Assembly: GCA_036170655.1 (NCBI GenBank) | Contig: JAVHPP010000167.1 | Coordinates: 1-24,789, forward strand | From: Candidatus Zixiibacteriota bacterium | GTDB taxonomy: Bacteria > Zixibacteria > MSB-5A5 > WJJR01 | DNA: 24,789 nt | Reading direction: 5' to 3' | Shown: in pieces, positions 18,595-24,789 of the stretch | How the letters are laid out: each line of letters begins with the position of its first letter | Numbering within the stretch: position 1 is the first letter of the stretch | Program-made: the position numbers and the translations under genes | The notes under the pieces: generated by a model | The model's database searches: none | Told to the model about the DNA's origin: nothing | What the model saw: the letters and a program-made list of their open reading frames with translations, nothing else

Positions 18595-18795
18595 CCAAGT
18601 CCGTTCGTGACCATTCAGGCCATCTCACTGTTATTCAACGCATTATGGTATTCGGTCAGACTCGCAACGAGCAGGTATCTCACCCTTCGGCGCAATCGTT
18701 GCGACGCGTCCTCGTCTCAACCAACGGATGCCATCTAACCCATTCGTAGAGATTGGGTTGAGCGACGCACGGGCTGCGTGGCCGTTCTGCGCCTT

Positions 18796-19854
18796 TCAAA
18801 ATTGGAACGGAGATGGTGTGAAGGTCAAAGCAAAGATCACAAAGCAGACCCAGCCGAGCGTTTGGCGGCCCCGCCCCAGGGGAATCTCGTCAATCAGTGT
18901 CGGCGGGTGTTTCGGACGCAGGAAGAGTCCGATGGCGACCCACATCAGCCACCACGGCCACCAGAACGAGATCGTCAGCAGACCCGCGATGACAGCATAC
19001 GCCACATACTTCTGCCGCTTCCCCAACAACGCGTACGCGATATGCCCGCCGTCGAGTTGCCCCATCGGCAGCAGGTTGAACATCGTGACCAGCAGCCCCG
19101 CCCAGCCAGCGAACGCAATCGGATGAAGCACAACATTCTGGTCGGCCGTGACCCCCGGCAGGACCACCGACGAAATGGCGCGGAACAGCAACGACTCGCC
19201 GAGGGTGAGGCCGCCCTGTGTCTCCGGACCCGCCACGGTCGATTGCGACAACCCGACAATCAGCGCGACGATCGAAACCACAAACCCCGCCAGCGGTCCG
19301 GCTGCTGCCATCTCGAATAACGCCCGGCGGTCGCGGATCGGCGAACGCAACTGGATGAATGCCCCGAATGTCCCGAGGATGTTCGGCGCCGGGATGAAAT
19401 ACGGCCACGATGTGTCAATCCGCCGGCGTCGCGCCGCAACGAAATGCCCAAACTCGTGAAACAGCAGAATCGCCAGAAACCAGACCGCAAACTTCGCCCC
19501 GGCGAACAGCACGACCGAAACCACCGTCAGACCAAAGAGCGCGATGTTCAGCCACGGAACCTTCTCTGCGCGCTGTTCCATCACGACTGTCAGAAGAACG
19601 TTATCGCCCCCGAAAGGAGAGCCGTTTCCCGCTGCCGTTTCAGGTTCCCCCACGGGCTCAATCTCGCACTGATACCCCGCTGCCGCGTACCGTCCCATGA
19701 CCGCCGTGCGGAAATCGGCCAGCGGCACCCGCGGCCTGCCCCGCATGACCACCGATTGCTTGGTTGAGTAGATCACGTCCAAATCCAGAAGATCATATAC
19801 CAATTCCTGGATCTGCCGGACTCGTGCAGTGGCTTCTTTCCGGTTCATGGTCAA
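18796..19854 (-). CDS. Site-2 protease family (peptidase M50) intramembrane zinc metalloprotease
   Basis: ILLFHEFGH (HExxH), PYFIP..GTFGA, AAAGPLAG, FNLLPMGQLDGGH. Start TTG 19854 or ATG 19848. Confidence 0.95.
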   Translation of the reverse strand: MTMNRKEATARVRQIQELVYDLLDLDVIYSTKQSVVMRGRPRVPLADFRTAVMGRYAAAGYQCEIEPVGEPETAAGNGSPFGGDNVLLTVVMEQRAEKVPWLNIALFGLTVVSVVLFAGAKFAVWFLAILLFHEFGHFVAARRRRIDTSWPYFIPAPNILGTFGAFIQLRSPIRDRRALFEMAAAGPLAGFVVSIVALIVGLSQSTVAGPETQGGLTLGESLLFRAISSVVLPGVTADQNVVLHPIAFAGWAGLLVTMFNLLPMGQLDGGHIAYALLGKRQKYVAYAVIAGLLTISFWWPWWLMWVAIGLFLRPKHPPTLIDEIPLGRGRQTLGWVCFVIFALTFTPSPFQF

Positions 19855-20069
19855 GACATTTCCCTCACGATGTCACCTCTCCGGTCCCGTCTGACAAAGT
19901 CGGTGTGCTCAATGCACACGGGAACAACATATACATCCGGCGCCACGTTCGCATTCCATCTTTCCCGTCCCGATTCCGTCACAATCTAATCATGTGCTCA
20001 GCGTCTCTGACAAAAGGATGGCCGGCATCCGGCAGTCAGGCTGGGTAATTCAGTGGAACGTCTATTCTT

Positions 20070-20143
20070 CGGGAGGGCGAGGCTCCTGCCGAGCCTCTTT
20101 TTGCACCGGAGGGAAGAGGCTCGGCAGGAGCCTCGCCCTCCCG
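20070..20143. repeat. REP doublet (REPIN-like), GGGAGGGCGAGGCTCCTGCCGAGCC family, copy 2
   Basis: Perfect 30-bp inverted repeat (20070-20099 / 20114-20143) with a 14-nt loop. Arms match those at 4944-5015. Confidence 0.92.
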
Positions 20144-20207
20144 TTTGCATCTCGATCACTTGTTCAATTCGTCAGTCTGGTGGTCATTTCGTTAGAGAGT
20201 CTCAAAT

Positions 20208-20440
20208 CGCTCTTTCAGGGCTGAAAGAATGATTTCAATCTCGCAAACCCAGGGCGAAGCCCCGGGGGCGTGTTGAAAAAGTGCCCGGACAGGAGTGTCC
20301 GGGCCACCGGCAATAAGGGAAGTCGTTGTGTACCAGTGGCGCGGACACTCCTTGTCCACGCTTGATTGTGGTACATAGAGGGTTTTTCAACACGCCCTGG
20401 GACACGGGACGCCAGAAAGTCTGTCAGCCCTGAAAGGGCG
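20208..20440. repeat. Palindromic element with CGCYCTTTCAGGGCTGA / TCAGCCCTGAAAGGGCG ends, interrupted by a MITE
   Basis: 17-bp terminal inverted repeats (20208-20224, 20424-20440; 1 mismatch). Central CCCAGGGC-GAA-GCCCTGGG palindrome is split by an insert. Confidence 0.75.
20266..20397. mobile_element. MITE-like non-autonomous element (132 bp) with IS-like terminal inverted repeats, carrying a REP doublet
   Basis: Perfect 15-bp TIR GGGCGTGTTGAAAAA / TTTTTCAACACGCCC. Flanking near-direct repeats CGG/TGG (or CCGGG/CTGGG with 14-bp TIRs). Internal inverted REP pair at 20283-20310 and 20333-20361. Confidence 0.75.
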
Positions 20441-20472
20441 GCCCTGCCCGGCCACTTTTCCCCCACAAATAC

Positions 20473-20502
20473 GAAGGAGGAAGGCCTGCGCCTTCCTCCT
20501 TC
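20473..20502 (-). terminator. Rho-independent terminator of the large secreted-protein gene
   Basis: Perfect 13-bp stem GAAGGAGGAAGGC-CTGC-GCCTTCCTCCTTC, followed on the - strand by GUAUUUGU. Confidence 0.7.
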
Positions 20503-20531
20503 AATCAAATCAAGCGAGATGTCGAATCAGC

Positions 20532-20565
20532 GGCAAGTCCCGCGACCAATGTCGCGGGACTTGCC
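20532..20565 (-). other. 3' UTR stem-loop
   Basis: Perfect 15-bp stem GGCAAGTCCCGCGAC-CAAT-GTCGCGGGACTTGCC, 13 nt after the stop codon, with no U-tract. Confidence 0.7.
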
Positions 20566-20578
20566 TGTCTGGAAGAAC

Positions 20579-23500
20579 TTAGAACCCGAACCGCCATGCA
20601 CCCAGAGGAGCAGGGCCGCCGGAAACGTAGTTCAAGAGGTACAGCTGGTCCGCCGCATCCGGCGCACCGCCGCTGTTGTTGACGTCGCCGCTGAATGCAT
20701 CCGGATAGATCTGATTTCCGGACAGAAGCCAGCAAACGTCGCCGAGGTTGATGACACCATCGTCGTTCACGTCGCCGCGAGCGAACCCGCCCCAACGGGC
20801 GGAACGCTTCGCCAGCGCCGCGCCGGCCGCGCCGATCACTGCTGGATCGTTCGAAGCCGCGCTGATGCCATACAAGGCCTCATGGACAGCCGCCGTACCA
20901 AGCGGCGCGAGGTTGAACGGCTGGTGCACAAGAAGAGCCGAACGATCTTCAAGCGTCGCTTCGCCGTTGTCCACGCCGCGTGTCGGCAATTGTGTGACGA
21001 CTTGATGCCACACACTAGCACCATTGCCTGCTGACCATGCACCCGGACTGTACACACGATTCGCATTCGAAACAATCTCGATCCGGTGTGGAGCGTTCGC
21101 CAGCGGATCGACGCCAGTGTAGGTCGAGGGCTGGTTGGGATCGAGCATCCCGTACGCGAACTTCGGCGTCACATTGTCCCAGATGAAGTAGCCGTTGTAA
21201 TCGTCGCGGTAGCGCCCACTGTTGTCAAGGTAGGAACCCATCACGTCCCAGTCCATAAATGTACCGGCGTAGAGGTTCGACTTGGCCACTGCGTCACGAT
21301 TCTGGAACTCCCAGCGGATGAGCTTGAAGTCACCATAGAGAGGATCGTTCGCGCCGACTTCGGTCTGGGTAATGTTCACTCCGATGGTCGCCAACGGCGT
21401 ACCCGGAAGCTCGGATTCGTTGGTGTCCACATAGTACGAACGAACCCACGAACCGAACACTTCAACTGGGGTGCCGGGGCAACCGCTGCCCGGAGCGCGA
21501 TACCAGCCGAGGTGAATGTCGCTGGCTTCGTCGAATCCGCAGATTGCAGAAGAGTTCGGATTCGGCAGGTAGTTACGATTGAAGCCAGTGCCATAGGAAG
21601 CACGCATTTGCGCGCCGCCGATCGTCGCTGACGAGTCGCCCGCAAGTACCAGACCACCGTCATACAGGTTCGTGTTTACCGCGGACGGATCTGAGCCAAA
21701 GAACACGGCGTCGTTGGTAAAGCCCATCGAACCGTAGTTGTACACCTTCTCGGTGTTCGCCGCGCCGAGCGTGTTCCAGGTCAGCAGCGCGTCGGTCAAC
21801 TGACAGCCGCCGAGGTAGTGAACCAGCAAAGCCGGATACCCGAGAAGCGCACCACCCGGATCCTCAGGATAGAAATCCGGATCGTCGCTCACCGATTCGA
21901 TGTACTCGTCGTCGCCGCCACGGCCAAGTCCGGTGCCGTCATAGAGCCAACTGATGTCGGTTGTGCCGCCTGCTGGAACCGGGTTCGTGCCGTAAGTCAC
22001 AGCCGAAGTCCGGGTCAGGTTGGCGCTTGCCGCCATGCTCTGGCTGGCACGCTTGGTGGTGCCATACGACGCGTCCGCCTTCTCGATCTTCTGATCGAAC
22101 GACGTGTATTCACCGTCGATCAAAGAGACCGAAAGACCGTTCATCCGGTCTGCCTTCGAGCGTTTTGCGTCGCTGAAGTACGACAGGTAATCGCCGCCGA
22201 CTTTGATGTTCGAGTACGCCGACGCATACTGTCTCTGCAGTTTCGTCACGTTCTTCGACGCCGTCGGATTGAGGTCGATGATGTTGGTGCCCGTGATGTT
22301 CAGAGGCACGCACCCTTGGTTGCCATACACCGCGGGTTCAGTCCACGGGTTGCCGCCGAGCGTGTTCAGCGGAACGAGAATGCTCGTTTCAAACACGAGC
22401 TGATCCGTGAACGGACGGTTCGCCTGGTTGAACTTCCACGCGGTCACAACGCCAGCGCCGCCCGGAGCCACAGCTGAACTGCGCGCGTTGACCACGGCAT
22501 AGTCGGCGCCGTCGGATCCGCTCGCCAGCGCTGTTCCGTTGACGATGCCCAGGAAGGTGCGGTGCCATTCGACCGACTGGTCGGTGGCATTCAACAGCCA
22601 CCATGTGCCATTGCGGTCGCCGGCAAACACGAACTTGTCGCAAGTCAGCGTCACCGGTTGCGTCACCATGAAGACGCCATTGGCGCTCCAGTTATACGCA
22701 ACCGTGCCGATGTCCTTCTTCACCATCAGCACACCCGTTGACGGGTTGTCTTGCGGGATGTACACGAAATTGCGGCCAATCGTCGGCGCGCCAAACAGCG
22801 ACGGCCCTTGATTGACTTGCCACGCGACCACCGGGCCAGCGCCCGATTTGTCGATCTTGTACCGACGGCCCGTACCGGCAGTTCCATCTCTGGTCGCGGC
22901 ATACAGGAAACTGCCATCGATCGAGACACCACCCGGGTAACCGTCGTTCATGAATCCGGCGTCCTTGAAGTTCCAGTTGATGGCGCCGGTCGCCGCAGCG
23001 ATCGAGTAGATTGACCCGTCGGCCAGACTTGTTGCGCCACCGGTGCCCACAAACAGATTGGTTCCGTCATACGCCGGACCGTGGATGCAGGCGCGATCCA
23101 AGGCGACTGGGTTGATTCCCCAACCCGAATAGAGGTAACCGGTGTTGGCGTCGAGTGCATAGAGTAATCCGCCGCCGCCCTGGTCTTCGGTCCCAACAAT
23201 AAGAACCTTATCAAGGCCGACGGTCAGAAACACCGTAACGCCAAAACGGTTCTGCTTCAGTAGAGGGCCATTCGACGCGCCGGTCAGAACTCCCGCCGTC
23301 AAGTCGTTGGACCAGAACGGAGCCGTCAGAGCGGGATCCCAAGCCGAAACCGACTTGGCATTGCCGCCCGTCACAAACACCTTGCCGTCGTCAACCGTCA
23401 CGTTGCCACGGTTGGCGCCAATCATGTAAGGAGCGCCGTGGATATTTCCCACTGGAGCGCCGGTCGGCGAGATCAGACTGAACGCATTCAGCCCGGTCTC

Positions 23501-24789
23501 ATCAGACACATACACGATATCGCCAGCCACAACCGGCTCGGTGAAGTTGGACAACTGCGGCAGATTCTGCGACCAGACCTCGCGCACCTTGCAGGGATCG
23601 CCAAGGTTGATCGTGCTGGCGCCGGTCCGTTGGTAGTCATGCATCCAGGTGGGCCACTGGTCCGGACCGCCCGGTGAGCAATTGGCTTCGACAACTGGCA
23701 CCTTCTCGGCGCAGATATTGGCGTCGATGTAAACTTCGTCGTCGTCGCCAAAATAGTCGCCCATGTACAGCCACGTACCGGAGACCATCGCAACCGTGTG
23801 CGGCTCCGCCCCAGCAGGCGCGCACCCGGCAAGTTGCAGGGTCTTCGTATACAGGGCAAACCGGTTGGGCAGTCCGCCCGCCACGCTGATCGACACATAG
23901 ATGTCCTGCGGCAAACCGCCGTTGAGGACACCCCACGTGATGTCAGGCAGAGGGACGTCGTTGATGAGTGGCGGCAGAACCAAGCTGGCGTTCGGGATCG
24001 TCACCGAATAGAGCAGCCCGGCCGGTTCAGTCGACCAGCATGTGCCACCAAGATAGGGACCCGAACTATAGACGTTCACCACGATGTCCGGCGCGCCAGC
24101 GAAGGTATACCCCATGAACGACATGCTCTTCAGGGTATCCAGACCGCTGGAGACAAAACGCACGCCCATTTCCGAACGCGAGCCAGTGCCGTTCGGGATG
24201 GTGTAGGCGAACTCAGCCGCCGCCGCATCCATCCGGGCGCCGCCATACCAATACTGGTAGTCGCAGAGACCGGGTGTGCATTGGGTGGCCGGATCGAGAG
24301 GTGTGTACCCCTCGGACCACAACAGCAGGTTGATCTCGAAGTCAAGTCCCGGAGGGGGTTCGTTGAAATCAGCCCAGCCGGCGCCCCAGTTGTTGTAGGT
24401 ACGGCAAACCTGGCCGAGAACCGGACCGGGCCAGTAGAACCCGCCGTCGTCGAACAGGATCTGCGCGCCCGCGCCTGCGCCAAAGAGCTCCGGCAGGATC
24501 GCGCCGGCAAAGTACGGGCCGGTCACGCAGCACTCAATCGTGAACGGCAGATTGAGCTGGTAAGTCACGCCGCCGCTCGGATTCGCGTTGTTCAGAGTGA
24601 CCAGATAGACTGGTCCGGCGCACTTGACGCCGCCCGGAACCGGGCACGACGGATTCGTCAGGTCCACATTGAATACAACCGGCTGGACCTTGTAGGTAAA
24701 CGGATTTGTAAATCCTTCTGACGTCGGACGCTGGGTCCACCGCCAGTTGATCGCGCTCACGTTAAATGTGAGCGTCGGCGGGGTACAAC
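20579..24789 (-). CDS. Large multi-domain extracellular protein with PQQ-like beta-propeller and C-terminal dockerin-like (double EF-hand) domain; 5'-truncated
   Basis: Frame is open to the window edge (CTPPTLTFNV before the listed start). WPTWMHDYQRTG, PVVAGDIVYV, LYALDANTG, IYSIAAATGAINW (PQQ/BamB-type blades). C-terminal RGDVNDDGVINLGD...SGDVNNSGGAPDAAD...GGPAP. Confidence 0.85.
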   Translation of the reverse strand, partial: CTPPTLTFNVSAINWRWTQRPTSEGFTNPFTYKVQPVVFNVDLTNPSCPVPGGVKCAGPVYLVTLNNANPSGGVTYQLNLPFTIECCVTGPYFAGAILPELFGAGAGAQILFDDGGFYWPGPVLGQVCRTYNNWGAGWADFNEPPPGLDFEINLLLWSEGYTPLDPATQCTPGLCDYQYWYGGARMDAAAAEFAYTIPNGTGSRSEMGVRFVSSGLDTLKSMSFMGYTFAGAPDIVVNVYSSGPYLGGTCWSTEPAGLLYSVTIPNASLVLPPLINDVPLPDITWGVLNGGLPQDIYVSISVAGGLPNRFALYTKTLQLAGCAPAGAEPHTVAMVSGTWLYMGDYFGDDDEVYIDANICAEKVPVVEANCSPGGPDQWPTWMHDYQRTGASTINLGDPCKVREVWSQNLPQLSNFTEPVVAGDIVYVSDETGLNAFSLISPTGAPVGNIHGAPYMIGANRGNVTVDDGKVFVTGGNAKSVSAWDPALTAPFWSNDLTAGVLTGASNGPLLKQNRFGVTVFLTVGLDKVLIVGTEDQGGGGLLYALDANTGYLYSGWGINPVALDRACIHGPAYDGTNLFVGTGGATSLADGSIYSIAAATGAINWNFKDAGFMNDGYPGGVSIDGSFLYAATRDGTAGTGRRYKIDKSGAGPVVAWQVNQGPSLFGAPTIGRNFVYIPQDNPSTGVLMVKKDIGTVAYNWSANGVFMVTQPVTLTCDKFVFAGDRNGTWWLLNATDQSVEWHRTFLGIVNGTALASGSDGADYAVVNARSSAVAPGGAGVVTAWKFNQANRPFTDQLVFETSILVPLNTLGGNPWTEPAVYGNQGCVPLNITGTNIIDLNPTASKNVTKLQRQYASAYSNIKVGGDYLSYFSDAKRSKADRMNGLSVSLIDGEYTSFDQKIEKADASYGTTKRASQSMAASANLTRTSAVTYGTNPVPAGGTTDISWLYDGTGLGRGGDDEYIESVSDDPDFYPEDPGGALLGYPALLVHYLGGCQLTDALLTWNTLGAANTEKVYNYGSMGFTNDAVFFGSDPSAVNTNLYDGGLVLAGDSSATIGGAQMRASYGTGFNRNYLPNPNSSAICGFDEASDIHLGWYRAPGSGCPGTPVEVFGSWVRSYYVDTNESELPGTPLATIGVNITQTEVGANDPLYGDFKLIRWEFQNRDAVAKSNLYAGTFMDWDVMGSYLDNSGRYRDDYNGYFIWDNVTPKFAYGMLDPNQPSTYTGVDPLANAPHRIEIVSNANRVYSPGAWSAGNGASVWHQVVTQLPTRGVDNGEATLEDRSALLVHQPFNLAPLGTAAVHEALYGISAASNDPAVIGAAGAALAKRSARWGGFARGDVNDDGVINLGDVCWLLSGNQIYPDAFSGDVNNSGGAPDAADQLYLLNYVSGGPAPLGAWRFGF

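Noticed and set aside
18373..18738. 121-aa plus-strand ORF
   Set aside because: Starts inside the terminator stem, has no SD and no recognisable protein features.
18094..18795. tRNA, tmRNA, RNase P, SRP or 6S RNA in the large intergenic gap
   Set aside because: No cloverleaf/T-loop, no GAGGAAAGTCC, no SRP GGAA-loop core and no single rod-shaped 6S fold recognised by eye.
19994..20508. ORFs 19994-20224 and 20215-20508 as possible transposase remnants
   Set aside because: They are translations of the palindromic repeats; no DDE or HUH motifs are visible.

Overview
GC-rich bacterial chromosomal window, mostly housekeeping and envelope genes. The dockerin-like 'GDVN..G...GGPAP' C-terminus, Bat operon and DGGGP-synthase-like UbiA suggest an FCB-group organism such as candidate Zixibacteria (inference only). 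The + strand carries, in order: the 3' end of an Omp85/BamA-like gene, an archaeal DGGGP-synthase-like UbiA prenyltransferase, an extended Bat/MoxR cluster (BatD-like, moxR, DUF58, an inserted tatA, BatD-like, batA-batE), an LPG-synthase-TM/flippase-like gene, a muconolactone-isomerase-like gene, rsgA, a lipoprotein, a UbiE/MenG methyltransferase, and a rhodanese-MauE/DoxX-methyltransferase operon. The - strand carries an M50 site-2 protease and a >1400-aa multi-domain beta-propeller/dockerin-like protein truncated at the window edge. The most notable non-coding signals are: (1) a candidate stand-alone structured sRNA at ~18345-18567 (-) with a sigma54-like promoter, an anti-Shine-Dalgarno CUCCUCC motif and its own terminator; (2) a three-layer nested palindromic/MITE element at 20208-20440 whose empty site can be reconstructed; (3) about six different REP-like palindrome families, including one doublet present twice 15 kb apart. 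No rRNA, tRNA, CRISPR or transposase was seen. All calls come from reading motifs by eye; no database searches were run.
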